Source: an uncultured Thermoleophilia bacterium (lineage in GTDB: Bacteria > Actinomycetota > Thermoleophilia > Gaiellales > Gaiellaceae). From it: 64,000 nt of DNA. The DNA lies in contig CAVQKS010000003.1 of the NCBI GenBank assembly GCA_963713155.1, positions 1,592 through 65,591 on the forward strand. Direction: 5' to 3'. A program made the translations under genes and the position numbers. Of the stretch, positions 21,803 through 32,849 are shown in pieces. The notes under the pieces were generated by a model. That model was not told the DNA's origin, made no database searches, and saw only the letters and a program-made list of their open reading frames with translations. Within the stretch, counting starts at the first letter, position 1, and every line of letters starts with the position of its first letter.

Positions 21803-22491
21803 GCGAGCCACTCCGGGTGGGCGGCGACATGCTCCGCGGCGGACCGCAGCTCCTTCGGCGTGTTCACCGTGAGCCACAGGCCTTCGTGACGGAAGGCGTG
21901 AAGGCGCCCTTCTGCGACGAGCTCCGGGAACGTCGTCGACTCGTGATCGCCGCGTTCGGGGAACCGCGCGAGCGCCTCCTCGGAGAGCACGTAGTTGCCG
22001 CAGTTGACCCAGTACGGGACCTTGCCTGCCTCTTCGAAGCCACGCACCACGTCGTCGTCGCTGATGTCGACCAACCCGAATTGCGATTTCGGGCGCGCGA
22101 CGGCGATCGTCGCCAGCGCCGAGCGCGACCGATGCCGCGCCAGCAGCCCGGCGTAGTCGACGTCGACGAGCTCGTCGCCGTTCAGTGCGAGGACGTCGCC
22201 GCGCTCGAGCCGCCGACCTGCGGCGTACCGAAGCCCGCCGCCCCGCCCCAGGCGCTCCGGCTCCTCGACGGCCACGATCTCCGGACCGATCCCGGCGAGC
22301 TCGTCCTCGAAGAGGCTGCCCTCGCCCGACGCGCAGGCAAAGATCACGCGCGTCACGCCGGCTCGGGCCAGCCGTCCAACCTGGTACGCCGCGAGCGGCC
22401 GTCCAGCCACGTCGACGAGCGATTTCGGCCGGCCGCCGGCAGCGTCGCCGAGCCGCTCGGCCCGGCCGCCGGCGAGGATGATCGCCTCCAC
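21799..22491 (-). CDS. NDP-sugar pyrophosphorylase (nucleotidyltransferase family)
   Basis: MEAIILAGGRAERLGDAAGGRPKSLVDVAGRPL…. ATGA overlap with the cupin gene. Confidence 0.8.
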   Translation of the reverse strand: MEAIILAGGRAERLGDAAGGRPKSLVDVAGRPLAAYQVGRLARAGVTRVIFACASGEGSLFEDELAGIGPEIVAVEEPERLGRGGGLRYAAGRRLERGDVLALNGDELVDVDYAGLLARHRSRSALATIAVARPKSQFGLVDISDDDVVRGFEEAGKVPYWVNCGNYVLSEEALARFPERGDHESTTFPELVAEGRLHAFRHEGLWLTVNTPKELRSAAEHVAAHPEWLA

Positions 22492-22500
22492 GTCGCTCCG

Positions 22501-23832
22501 TTACGCCTCGGCCGCTGCGGGCTGTGCGGGCCGCGCGACCGCGGCGTCCGGCCCGGCCGGGCGCCGGCCGATTCCCTCGTACGTGAAGCCGGCTGTCCGG
22601 ACCTCGCTCGGATCGAGCAGGTTCCGGCCGTCGACGATCAGCGGCGTTGCCATCGCATCGCGGATCTCGGACGACGCGAGCGCACGCAGCTCCGGCCACT
22701 CCGTGACGATCACCGCCGCGTCTGCACCGCGGACGGCCTCGGCGACGGACCTGACGACCTCCACTCCGGCCGGAAGCGTGCCGCCCTCGGCGACGGGGTC
22801 CCAGGCGCGAACCCGCACGCCTTCCGCCAGCAGGCGCGATGCGAGCACGATCGACGGCGCCTCGCGCATGTCGTCCGTGCCCGGCTTGAACGCGAGCCCC
22901 AGCAACGCAACGGTCTTGCCCTTCAACTGCTGTCCGAGATGGAGCTTGAGCTTCCCCACCACACGGCGCTTCTGTAGCTCGTTGACCTCGATCACGGCCG
23001 AGAGCAGCTGGAAGTGGTAACCCGAGTTCGACGCGAGCTGCTTGAGGGCCAGTGAGTCCTTCGGGAAGCACGAGCCGCCGTAGCCGATGCCGGCACGCAG
23101 GAAGTGCGGCCCGAGGCGATGGTCGAGGCCGACTCCCTCTGCGACCTTCACGACGTCCGCTCCCGTCGCTTCGCAGACGTTCGCGATCTCGTTGATGAAG
23201 GAGATGCGCGTCATGAGAAACGCATTCGCGGCGAGCTTGATCATCTCCGCCGAGTTCACGTCACACGAGACGATCCGAGCATCGAGCGAGGAGTAGAGCG
23301 ACGCGACCCTTTCCGCGTCGCCGGCTTCGAACGAGCCGATCACGATTCGGTCCGGCTTCATGAAGTCGCGGACGGCGTTCCCCTCGGAGAGGAACTCGGG
23401 GTTCGCGACGTACCCGACGTGACCGAGGCCCCGCTCGTCGAGCCCGGAGCGAACCTTCTCACCCGTACCGACGGGAACAGTCGACTTCATCACGAGCACC
23501 GGAGTGCCGTCGACGGCCGGAAGCTCGTCGATCACCGTCCAGACACGCGAGAGATCGGCGTCGCCCGACTGGGTTGGCGGCGTGTCCACGCAGACGAACA
23601 GGAACTCGCAGTCGGTGAGATCCGCGACGTCGAGCGTGAAGACGAGCCGGTCCCGGTTCCGCGCGATCAGCTCCTGCACGTCGTCCTCGAAGAACGGCAC
23701 CTCGCCCCGCTCGAGCGACTCGATCCTCTGCGGCACGACGTCGCGGACGACCACCTCGTGCCCGAGCTCCGCGAAGCACGCACCCGTGACCAGGCCGACC
23801 CAGCCGGCACCGAAGATGCCGACCTTGCTCAT
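22501..23832 (-). CDS. ugd: UDP-glucose/GDP-mannose 6-dehydrogenase family protein
   Basis: MSKVGIFGAGWVGLVTGACFAELGHEV… Rossmann fold, and catalytic region GIGYGGSCFPKD. Confidence 0.9.
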   Translation of the reverse strand: MSKVGIFGAGWVGLVTGACFAELGHEVVVRDVVPQRIESLERGEVPFFEDDVQELIARNRDRLVFTLDVADLTDCEFLFVCVDTPPTQSGDADLSRVWTVIDELPAVDGTPVLVMKSTVPVGTGEKVRSGLDERGLGHVGYVANPEFLSEGNAVRDFMKPDRIVIGSFEAGDAERVASLYSSLDARIVSCDVNSAEMIKLAANAFLMTRISFINEIANVCEATGADVVKVAEGVGLDHRLGPHFLRAGIGYGGSCFPKDSLALKQLASNSGYHFQLLSAVIEVNELQKRRVVGKLKLHLGQQLKGKTVALLGLAFKPGTDDMREAPSIVLASRLLAEGVRVRAWDPVAEGGTLPAGVEVVRSVAEAVRGADAAVIVTEWPELRALASSEIRDAMATPLIVDGRNLLDPSEVRTAGFTYEGIGRRPAGPDAAVARPAQPAAAEA

Positions 23833-23912
23833 TCCCGCTCCGGCGCCGGCAAGGCCGGCACCTGCGCTCCTTGGACGCCTCCGTCAAGCCTGCCGCTCAT
23901 GAACCGGCCAGT

Positions 23913-25856
23913 CTACTTCGCTGCCGGAAGCGGCCTGAGGCCCTTGGCGATCGCGAGCATCGTCTCGTTCGAGAGCGAATCGAGCAGCGTGTTGACGACC
24001 CAGTAGTTCGCCGTCTTCGTCTGGAGCACGACCATGTGCAGATGGCTGCCCGAGTAATAGAGATTGAACTCGCGACCGCCGAGATCGTGCTGGAAGCTCT
24101 TGTCGGCGAGCACCGGCGCACCGTCCCAGTCGGATTCCTGCACACCCCAGTACTCGCCGGCGCCCGTGCGGAAGACGAGCCGCACCGCCTTGTCCCCCTT
24201 CACGATCGGATACAGGCGCGCGGGGGTGTCGCCGTTGTACTCGTCCGGATACGAACTACCCTCGAGCACCGTCGGCACCTCGAGCGGGAACCCGGCCCTC
24301 GTTCGGAGCGGCTGGAGCAGCCCGGTGCCGACCGACGGGTCGACACGGACGTACGGAGGCTGGTGCGCCGGCGCGTTCGTCGTGGGGATCGGGGCGAGCT
24401 CGCCGTGGAACGTCTGCCCGAGCACGACGACGACCATCGCGCCAGGGTCGAGCGCCCGCAGCTTCCTGCCCTTTGGCAGCACGGACACCTTCGCGGGCTG
24501 CAGCAGCGGCAGCATCGCCTGCGCCGCTGCTTTCGCCTGGGCGTTCCCCGGGGCGTAGTAGATCTGAGAATGGAAGACGTCGGTCGGCGCGTCGGCCGTC
24601 AACTGGCCCGGCGGGACGACGGTCACGTAGCCGCGCTTGCCGAGCAGGTAGGACGCGTTTGCCGCCGCGCCGGCGACGCCGTTCCCGTTCAGCACGAGGA
24701 CGGACACCTTCGACGGCGGTGGCGCCTTCGTCTTCACGTGCGTACCGAGCGCGGCGGCGTTCGCCGCCTTTGAGGACTGCACGTCCGGGTTCTCAAACTC
24801 TCCGACCGCCTGCTGGATCGCACCGGCCGGTGCAGAAGTGATCGTCTGGCCGCTCACCCCCTCGATCTGCGGCTGGAAGAAATGCCCACCCGGCAGGCCC
24901 TGCGCGAAGAACGCATACGACAGCACCTCGCTGCCCTGCAGCTTGTGGCCGCCCTCGGCGACCTCGATGTTGTTGACGACCGCGTTCACGAGCTTCGGCA
25001 GCTTCGTGAGCGAGAACGACGAGGCGACCTGCTCCTTGAACGCCCGGACGAACTCCTGCTGGCGCGCAACGCGGTGATAGTCGTCGTCCGTATGCCGGAA
25101 GCGGACAAAGTCGAGCGCCTGGCCGCCGTCGAGCCTCTGGTAGCCGGGCTGCAGGTTGATGTTCGCGTAGTCGTCGTAGGACGCGCCGGTGTTCTTGTTG
25201 TAGTAGCGGCGGTCGATGTCCATCCAGACGCCGCCGAGCTGATTGACGACCTCCTTGAAGCCGTGGAAGTTGACGGTGATCAGGTAGTTGATCTTCAGGC
25301 CCGTCAAATGCTTGACGGTGAGGAGCGTCCCCTTGGCGCCGCAGAGCGTGTAGGCCGTGTTGATGCGGTAGCCGTAGATCGGGCGGCCGCCGCAGTAGAT
25401 CGGGACGCCGAGGTCGCGTGGGAACGACAACAGCGAGATCGACTTCGTCACCGGGTCGGCGCGGATCAGCATGATCGTGTCGGAGCGCGACGGATCGGCG
25501 GCGGACGTTCCCGCCCGGTGGTCGTAGCCGATCACGAGGGCGATCGCCGCGCGGTGCGCCACGGGGATGTCGAGGCTCTTCTGCGCACGGATCACGTCGG
25601 GCGTGTGTGCGCTCACGGTCGCGACCGACTGGTGGAAGTACAGATACGCGCCCCCGGCAGCGCCGGCGCTCAGTGCCACGAGGGTGAGAACGATGAACAG
25701 CAGGATCTTCCCGATCAGGCCGATTCCCGAGCGCCGGGGAGGCAGAGGCTGAACGTAGCGCGTGACCGTGGAGGGCGCTGCGGGCGGGAAGATGGCCCGG
25801 CCGTTGCCGTTCAGGCCAGCACCGCGCCCGACCCCTCTCTTCAGTGTCGTCCGCAT
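23913..25856 (-). CDS. LCP (LytR-CpsA-Psr) family protein with LytR_C-like and extra C-terminal domains
   Basis: N-terminal TM segment. LCP core …SDTIMLIRADP…ISLLSFPRDL…INTAY…VNFHGFKEVVNQLGGV…ALDFVRFRH…DDYHRVARQQ. Confidence 0.88.
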   Translation of the reverse strand: MRTTLKRGVGRGAGLNGNGRAIFPPAAPSTVTRYVQPLPPRRSGIGLIGKILLFIVLTLVALSAGAAGGAYLYFHQSVATVSAHTPDVIRAQKSLDIPVAHRAAIALVIGYDHRAGTSAADPSRSDTIMLIRADPVTKSISLLSFPRDLGVPIYCGGRPIYGYRINTAYTLCGAKGTLLTVKHLTGLKINYLITVNFHGFKEVVNQLGGVWMDIDRRYYNKNTGASYDDYANINLQPGYQRLDGGQALDFVRFRHTDDDYHRVARQQEFVRAFKEQVASSFSLTKLPKLVNAVVNNIEVAEGGHKLQGSEVLSYAFFAQGLPGGHFFQPQIEGVSGQTITSAPAGAIQQAVGEFENPDVQSSKAANAAALGTHVKTKAPPPSKVSVLVLNGNGVAGAAANASYLLGKRGYVTVVPPGQLTADAPTDVFHSQIYYAPGNAQAKAAAQAMLPLLQPAKVSVLPKGRKLRALDPGAMVVVVLGQTFHGELAPIPTTNAPAHQPPYVRVDPSVGTGLLQPLRTRAGFPLEVPTVLEGSSYPDEYNGDTPARLYPIVKGDKAVRLVFRTGAGEYWGVQESDWDGAPVLADKSFQHDLGGREFNLYYSGSHLHMVVLQTKTANYWVVNTLLDSLSNETMLAIAKGLRPLPAAK

Positions 25857-25864
25857 AAACGTAG

Positions 25865-25887
25865 GCGGCGCCCCAAGAGGCGCCCGC
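25865..25887 (-). terminator. stem-loop downstream of metH (terminator/attenuator candidate)
   Basis: GCGGCGCC-ccaaga-GGCGCCCGC, 8 bp with one bulge. On the minus strand it is followed by CTACGTTT and then the start of the LCP gene. Confidence 0.35.
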
Positions 25888-25922
25888 GCGGCACAGGATA
25901 GCCGACCGGTCGGAGGGGCTCG

Positions 25923-28900
25923 TCAGGCCAGGATCGGCGAGAGCCACTGCTCGGCGGCATCGACCGAAACGCCCCGCCGCTCGGCGTAGTCGGCGAGCTG
26001 ATCCCGCCCGATCCGGCCCACGGCGAAGTACCGCGACTGCGGATGCGCGAAGTAGAGGCCGCTGACGGCGGCGGCCGGAAGCATCGCGAAACCGTCGGTC
26101 AGCGCGATCCCGGCCCGCCCGGCATCGATGAGCTCGAGCAGCTTCGGCTTCTCGCTGTGGTCGGGACAGGCCGGATACCCGAGAGCCGGCCGGATGCCCC
26201 TGAAGCGCTCGCCGATCAGGTCGCCCTTCGTGAAGTGCTCCTGCGGTGCGTACCACGTTCGCCGAACGTGCTCGTGCAGCCACTCCGCGAAGGACTCGGC
26301 GAGCCGGTCGGCCAGCGCCTTCACGATGATCGCCTGATAGTCGTCGTGGCGGGCCACGAACCCGGCCGCCAGTTCGTCCGCGCCGTGGATCGACACCGCG
26401 AATGCGCCCAGATGGTCGCCTGCGGGCGCGACGAAGTCGGCGAGCGACCGGTTCGGCCGGCCATCGCCGTTCACCGCCTGCTGGCGCAGGAACGAGAACC
26501 GCGTGTCGCCGACGGCTACGTCGTCTCCGTCGGCGCGAGCAGGCCAGAAGCCGTAGACCCCCCGAGCCTGGAAGAGCCCGTCAGCTTCGATCTCCCCCAG
26601 CAGCTTGGTTGCGTCGTCGTAGAGCTCGCGCACCGCCGGGTTGTCCAGCAGGGCCGGGAACTTCCCTTTCAGGTCCCAGGCGTGAAAGAAGAACTGCCAG
26701 TCGATGTAGTCGACGAGCTCGCCGATCGCGACGTCTACCTCGCGCAAACCGATGAATGGCGGCGCCGGCAGGTCGTCGAACGGGAGCACTGCGCGGTTCG
26801 CGCGCGCCTCGTCGAGCGGGAGCAGCGGCCGCTTGAGCTTCTCGGCGTGCTGGCGCCGCAGGCGCTCCTGCAGGTCACGATTCTCGACGTCGAGGGCCGC
26901 ACGCCGCGCCGGGTCGAGCAGGCTCGAGACGACATCCGCGACGCGGCTCGCGTCGAGCACGTGGACCGTCTCCGACCCGTACTCCGGGGCGATCTTCACC
27001 GCGGTGTGCTGGCGCGACGTCGTGGCGCCGCCGATCAGGAGCGGGAGCTCGAGCCGCGAGCGCTCGAGCTCCCGCGCAACGTTCACCATCTGGTCGAGCG
27101 ACGGCGTGATCAGGCCCGAGAGCCCGACGACGTCGACGCGCTCGCGCTCGGCGGTCTCCAGGATCGTCGCGGCCGGCACCATCACACCGAGGTCGATCAC
27201 CTCGTAGTCGTTGCAGCCGAGGACGACACCCACGATGTTCTTGCCGATGTCGTGGACATCGCCTTTGACGGTCGCGAGCAGCACCTTCCCCTGCGCGCTC
27301 CGGCCGCCGTCGCGCTCGGCGTCCATGTAGGGCTCCAGGTAGGCGACGGCGCGCTTCATCACCCGCGCCGACTTGACGACCTGGGGCAGGAACATCCGGC
27401 CCGACCCGAACAGGTCGCCGACGACGCGCATGCCGTCCATCAGCGGTCCTTCGATCACGTCGAGTGGCCTCGCCGCCGCCAGCCTCGCTTCCTCGACGTC
27501 CGCCTCGATGTGATCGACGATGCCACGCACGAGCGCGTGTTCGAGTCGCTTCGCAACAGGCTGCTCGCGCCAGGCGAGATCGAGCTCGCGGCGCGCGCCG
27601 CCACCCTTGACCCGCTCGGCGAGCTCGACGAGCCGCTCGGTGGCGTCGGAGCGGCGGTTCAGGATCACGTCCTCCACGCATTCGAGCAGCTCGGGCTCGA
27701 GATCCTCGTAGACCGCGAGTTGGCCGGCGTTGACGATCCCCATGTCGAGCCCTGCGCCGACGGCGTGGTAGAGGAATGCCGCATGCATCGCCTCACGGAT
27801 CCGGTCGTTGCCGCGGAACGAGAAGCTGAGGTTCGAGATCCCGCCCGACGTGCGGGATCCCGGGCAGCGTTCCTTGATCAGCGGGATGCTGTCGATGAAC
27901 GCGCGGGCATAGTCGTTGTGCTCGGGGATGCCGGTCGCGACGGCCAGCACGTTCGCATCGAACACGATGTCCTCGGGTGGAAAGCCGACCTCCTCGACGA
28001 GCAGGTCGTATGCCCGGCCGCAGATCGCGACGCGCTGCTGGACCTCGGTTGCCTGTCCCTCCTCGTCGAATGCCATCACGACCACGCCGGCGCCGTAGTC
28101 GCGAACGCGACGCGCCTCGCGCAGGAACTCCTCCTCACCTTCCTTGAGCGAGATCGAGTTGACGATGCCCTTCCCCTGAAGGCACTGCAGTCCCGCCTCG
28201 AGCACGGACCACTTCGAGCTGTCGACCATGATCGGGAGGCGGGCGACTTCCGGCTCGGTGGCGATCACGTTCAGGAACGTCCGCATCGCTTCTTCGCCTT
28301 CGAGCAGGTCGGCGTCCATGTTCACGTCGAGCAGGTTGGCTCCGCCGCGCACCTGCTCGAGGGCGACGTCGACCGCGGCCGAGAAGTCGTCAGCCTCGAT
28401 CAGCCGGCGGAAGCGAGCCGACCCGGTCACGTTCGTGCGCTCGCCGATGGTCACGAAGCCGGTGTCCGGACCGAGCTCGAACGTCTCGAGGCCACTGAAA
28501 CGGGTCCGCCGCTCGAGCTTCGGCAGCGTGCGGGGGGCCAATCCGTGAACCGCCTCGACGATCGCCCGTGTGTGCTCGGGCGTCGAGCCGCAGCACGAGC
28601 CCGCGACGTTCAGCAGTCCTTCCTGCGCGAACTCGCGCAAGAGCGACGAGGTGACGTCGGGCGTTTCGTCGTAGCCGCCGAACGCGTTCGGGAGGCCCGC
28701 ATTCGGATGGCACGACGTGAGGCACGGGGCGATCCGCGAGAGGTCGACGACGTACGGGCGCATCTCGTGTGCACCCAGCGAGCAGTTGATGCCGATGACC
28801 AGCGGCTCTGCGTGCTCGACCGCCGTCCAGAACGCCTCGATCGTCTGCCCCGTGAGCGTGCGGCCGGAGAGGTCGACGATCGTGGCGCTGATCCAGAGGG

Positions 28901-29492
28901 GCAACTGCGGCGCGGCCGAGCGCGCTGCGACGATCGCAGCCTTCGCGTTCAGCGTGTCGAAGATCGTCTCGATCAGGAGCAGGTCGACGCCGCCGTCCGC
29001 GAGTGCGCGGATCTGCTCTGCATAGGTTTCGACGACCTGGTCGAACGTGTGCGTCCTGAAGCCCGGCTCGTCGACCTTCGGACTGAGAGAGAGCGTGATG
29101 TTGAGCGGACCGACCGACCCGGCGACGAAACCCCCGTGCTGGTCGGCGACCTCCCGGGCGATCCGGGCGCCCGCGACGTTCAGGTCGTACACGGCGTCCT
29201 CGAGGCCGTAGTCCGCCTGCCCGATCGACGTCGCCGTGAAGGTATTGGTGGTCGTGATATCGCAGCCGGCGGCGAAGTACGACTCGTGTACCGCGCGCAC
29301 GACGTCGGGCCGCGACAGGTTGAGCACATCGGGGTCGTTCAGGAGGTCACGGCCGTGGGAGGCGAACCGCTCGCCGCGAAAGTCCGCTTCCGTGAGGCCG
29401 CTGTTCTGGAGCAGCACTCCCCACGCGCCGTCGAGAACCAGGATGCGGTCCTCGGCGAGCTTCCTGATCTCCGTCGCGACGTCCCTCGGCAC
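25923..29492 (-). CDS. metH: cobalamin-dependent methionine synthase
   Basis: 1189 aa. Homocysteine-binding, pterin-binding, B12-binding (…[11 protein letters not shown]…) and AdoMet activation domains are all in one frame. GTG start has a GGAGA Shine-Dalgarno. Confidence 0.95.
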   Translation of the reverse strand: MPRDVATEIRKLAEDRILVLDGAWGVLLQNSGLTEADFRGERFASHGRDLLNDPDVLNLSRPDVVRAVHESYFAAGCDITTTNTFTATSIGQADYGLEDAVYDLNVAGARIAREVADQHGGFVAGSVGPLNITLSLSPKVDEPGFRTHTFDQVVETYAEQIRALADGGVDLLLIETIFDTLNAKAAIVAARSAAPQLPLWISATIVDLSGRTLTGQTIEAFWTAVEHAEPLVIGINCSLGAHEMRPYVVDLSRIAPCLTSCHPNAGLPNAFGGYDETPDVTSSLLREFAQEGLLNVAGSCCGSTPEHTRAIVEAVHGLAPRTLPKLERRTRFSGLETFELGPDTGFVTIGERTNVTGSARFRRLIEADDFSAAVDVALEQVRGGANLLDVNMDADLLEGEEAMRTFLNVIATEPEVARLPIMVDSSKWSVLEAGLQCLQGKGIVNSISLKEGEEEFLREARRVRDYGAGVVVMAFDEEGQATEVQQRVAICGRAYDLLVEEVGFPPEDIVFDANVLAVATGIPEHNDYARAFIDSIPLIKERCPGSRTSGGISNLSFSFRGNDRIREAMHAAFLYHAVGAGLDMGIVNAGQLAVYEDLEPELLECVEDVILNRRSDATERLVELAERVKGGGARRELDLAWREQPVAKRLEHALVRGIVDHIEADVEEARLAAARPLDVIEGPLMDGMRVVGDLFGSGRMFLPQVVKSARVMKRAVAYLEPYMDAERDGGRSAQGKVLLATVKGDVHDIGKNIVGVVLGCNDYEVIDLGVMVPAATILETAERERVDVVGLSGLITPSLDQMVNVARELERSRLELPLLIGGATTSRQHTAVKIAPEYGSETVHVLDASRVADVVSSLLDPARRAALDVENRDLQERLRRQHAEKLKRPLLPLDEARANRAVLPFDDLPAPPFIGLREVDVAIGELVDYIDWQFFFHAWDLKGKFPALLDNPAVRELYDDATKLLGEIEADGLFQARGVYGFWPARADGDDVAVGDTRFSFLRQQAVNGDGRPNRSLADFVAPAGDHLGAFAVSIHGADELAAGFVARHDDYQAIIVKALADRLAESFAEWLHEHVRRTWYAPQEHFTKGDLIGERFRGIRPALGYPACPDHSEKPKLLELIDAGRAGIALTDGFAMLPAAAVSGLYFAHPQSRYFAVGRIGRDQLADYAERRGVSVDAAEQWLSPILA

Positions 29493-29505
29493 TTTCGTCT
29501 CCTTG

Positions 29506-29635
29506 CCTAAAGGGTGCGGAGCTTCGGAACTCGCGCGGGCTCTTTAGGCGTTTGATAACCCGGTCGCCAAGCTGCCTTCAAAGCTTTCCGGGAATTCCGC
29601 CCGAAATCTAGCGATTCCGGGCCGGTTTGGCGACC
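29506..29635 (-). promoter_or_regulatory. structured 5' leader of metH (riboswitch/attenuator candidate, class unknown)
   Basis: A 9-bp long-range helix GGTCGCCAA/TTGGCGACC (29562-29570 with 29627-29635) encloses an 8-bp hairpin (29599-29622). A 7-bp hairpin CCTAAAG/CTTTAGG (29506-29548) abuts the Shine-Dalgarno. Confidence 0.35.
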
Positions 29636-29690
29636 ATCCACGATCGTCGATCGCCGTGGCTCGGCCTTCAGCCGAGTTGGCTCACGATCG

Positions 29691-30113
29691 TCAGGAGCGG
29701 CCGGCCACATCCAACTGGTTCTCGGCGTGGCGGAGCCGCTGCTCGACCTGCCAGCGATCCGCCGTCGATTCCCCACGGTCGATCGCCTCGAGCTCCTGCT
29801 GCGCTGCCTCGAGCTGCTCGCGCGCGCGGACGTCGTCGATCTGCGACGCCTCGACCGCGTCGTCCACAAGTGCGATCGCACGGTCGCGAAGCACCTGGAA
29901 GAATCCCGGCCCGGTCGCGTACTCCTGCACCTCCCCGCCCGGGAGGTGGATGCGCGTCGAACCCGACCGCAGGCTGGCGATCAGTGGCGCGTGCCGAGCA
30001 AGCACGCCGATCTCGCCGGCCGCGCCGGGGACGATCAGCATCTCGGCTTCGCCCTCGTACGCCGCCCCTTCCGGCGTGACGAGCGAGATGGAGAACAGCT
30101 TCCGATCTGCCAA
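29691..30113 (-). CDS. atpC: F1 ATP synthase subunit epsilon
   Basis: MADRKLFSISLVTPEGAAYEGEAEMLIVPGAAGEIGVLARHAPL…. Confidence 0.92.
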   Translation of the reverse strand: MADRKLFSISLVTPEGAAYEGEAEMLIVPGAAGEIGVLARHAPLIASLRSGSTRIHLPGGEVQEYATGPGFFQVLRDRAIALVDDAVEASQIDDVRAREQLEAAQQELEAIDRGESTADRWQVEQRLRHAENQLDVAGRS

Positions 30114-30123
30114 CGGTCAGGAC

Positions 30124-31539
<1,416 letters not shown>

Positions 31540-31789
31540 TTAGAGCTCCTCGGCTGCTTCGGGTGCACGACGTTGCCGCCGGCCCGCACGGAACAAGCCC
31601 GCCAGTGCATCCGGCAGGCGCAGCCTAGCCGATGGGGAATCGAATCCGCCCGCCCTGTGTAGCTCTGAATGCCTCAACGCCGCCGACACACGGTCGTCGT
31701 GGTCGAGGCGTCAGACGTACGAGCTGATCGGGCTTGCCATCATGGCAGAGCAACCTCCACGCACTCATCGTACGCGGAGGACGCGGCGA

Positions 31790-32242
31790 TCAGTCGACTT
31801 CGATGACGCGGACCCGCGGGGTGTCGGCCGCGGTCGACACTGCGAGCTGCTGGCGACGGATTGCGCGCATCCCGCTCAGGTCACCTGAGAAGCCGCCCGC
31901 GCTCACCTGGGTCTCCGGGGCCAGCGAGCCGCCGGACGTCAAGCCGCCGGCCGCGAGGGCGGCGAGCGAGGCGACCATCGCGGCGACCAGGCCGACGCGT
32001 GCGCCCCTGCGGGCGCCGGTCCGGGTCTGTGCCGGCAGGATGGCCGGCGACGGCCTCGGCACGAGCCGGTTCGCACGGACGAGCGCGGTCGCGCCGCGAA
32101 CATCTGCCGCGTAGGCCCGGCAATCGGGGCAGGCACGAAGGTGGCGGCGGAGCCCGGCCGACTCGAACCTCGACACGACTCCGTCGAGCTCGAGCGACGT
32201 CCACTCGCGCGCCCTGCTGCACTCCTCACTCTGAGCCATCAT
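31790..32242 (-). CDS. zf-HC2 anti-sigma-factor-like membrane protein
   Basis: N-terminal HLRACPDCRAY (Hx3Cx2C), and a central TM segment GLVAAMVASLAALAAGGL. No sigma factor gene is adjacent. Confidence 0.65.
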   Translation of the reverse strand: MMAQSEECSRAREWTSLELDGVVSRFESAGLRRHLRACPDCRAYAADVRGATALVRANRLVPRPSPAILPAQTRTGARRGARVGLVAAMVASLAALAAGGLTSGGSLAPETQVSAGGFSGDLSGMRAIRRQQLAVSTAADTPRVRVIEVD

Positions 32243-32269
32243 CTACTTAGACGGATATCACAAGACAAG

Positions 32270-32626
32270 TTAGTGCCTATTGTCGACCGCAACCCCGACC
32301 AGGATGAGGCAAAACCCCAAAACGGCGAGCAGCGCCGGTACGTTGAGCGCCTCGACGTGCTCTTTCCGGGTCGACCAGCGGACGCCGCCGCCCATCCAGC
32401 GGCCGAAACCGATGAACCCGCCGTCGGACTTCCCGCGCACGGGCGGCCTGCTGCCGACGAGGAACGCGAGCCCGCAGAGCCCCGCCCCGACCGCATAGAA
32501 GCCGACCGCGAGGCTGCGCTGGACCGCGTCGCCGGTCACCCCGACGATCAGGAGCCCGAGCAGGATGGCAGCGGCGGCCGCTACGCCGAGGACGATCGCG
32601 AACCGACGAAGCGCCTCGCGAAGCAC
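32270..32626 (-). CDS. small hydrophobic membrane protein (about 4 TM), hypothetical
   Basis: 118 aa with a GTG start. Four hydrophobic stretches and no family recognised. Confidence 0.5.
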   Translation of the reverse strand: MLREALRRFAIVLGVAAAAAILLGLLIVGVTGDAVQRSLAVGFYAVGAGLCGLAFLVGSRPPVRGKSDGGFIGFGRWMGGGVRWSTRKEHVEALNVPALLAVLGFCLILVGVAVDNRH

Positions 32627-32632
32627 GGGTCA

Positions 32633-32849
32633 GATGGTTGATGCCACGGGATCGTCTGTTCCGGGGCGTGGTCTGGGTGTGCTGGGGCGCGGCGGCGTGC
32701 CGGCGGCGATGGTAGAGCCATCGGTGCCGGTGCGACGTCGTGAAGCGGACGGCTCGATCGCGGCGGCTACGCCGGCGCGGTCGGGCCGGGAGCGGCCGAG
32801 CGCGGCCAGGCCGCGCAGCCGGACACGCGAGCACGTGGCATCAACCATC
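32633..32849. mobile_element. MITE-like non-autonomous element (217 bp, 16-bp perfect TIRs, TCA target duplication)
   Basis: GATGGTTGATGCCACG (32633-32648) and its exact reverse complement CGTGGCATCAACCATC (32834-32849). TCA lies directly on both sides (32630-32632 and 32850-32852). No plausible coding capacity inside. Confidence 0.6.

Noticed and set aside
21803-23071. The upstream 423 aa of the 565-aa ORF 21374..23071.
   Set aside because: Only the last 142 aa (the cupin) are protein-like. The rest overlaps the nucleotidyltransferase and dehydrogenase genes in a wrong frame.
26043-29510. 1155-aa plus-strand ORF antisense to metH. Similar long antisense ORFs occur at 6009..7406, 11063..12550, 14602..16596, 17882..19444, 36146..37855 and 46169..48064.
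   Set aside because: Their composition is Arg/Ala/Gly/Pro/Asp-dominated with no motifs. They exactly shadow well-supported minus-strand genes, as expected from stop-codon depletion in high-GC DNA.
29493-29690. A cobalamin, SAM-IV or SAH riboswitch as the identity of the metH leader.
   Set aside because: I could recognise no B12 box and no consensus core of those classes by eye. It is kept only as an unclassified structured leader.
31630-31670. A possible tRNA gene or fragment (GGATTCGATTCC T-loop-like sequence) upstream of atpD.
   Set aside because: I could not draw a T-stem, acceptor stem or anticodon arm, and G53/C61 are not in register. It is at most a degenerate fragment.
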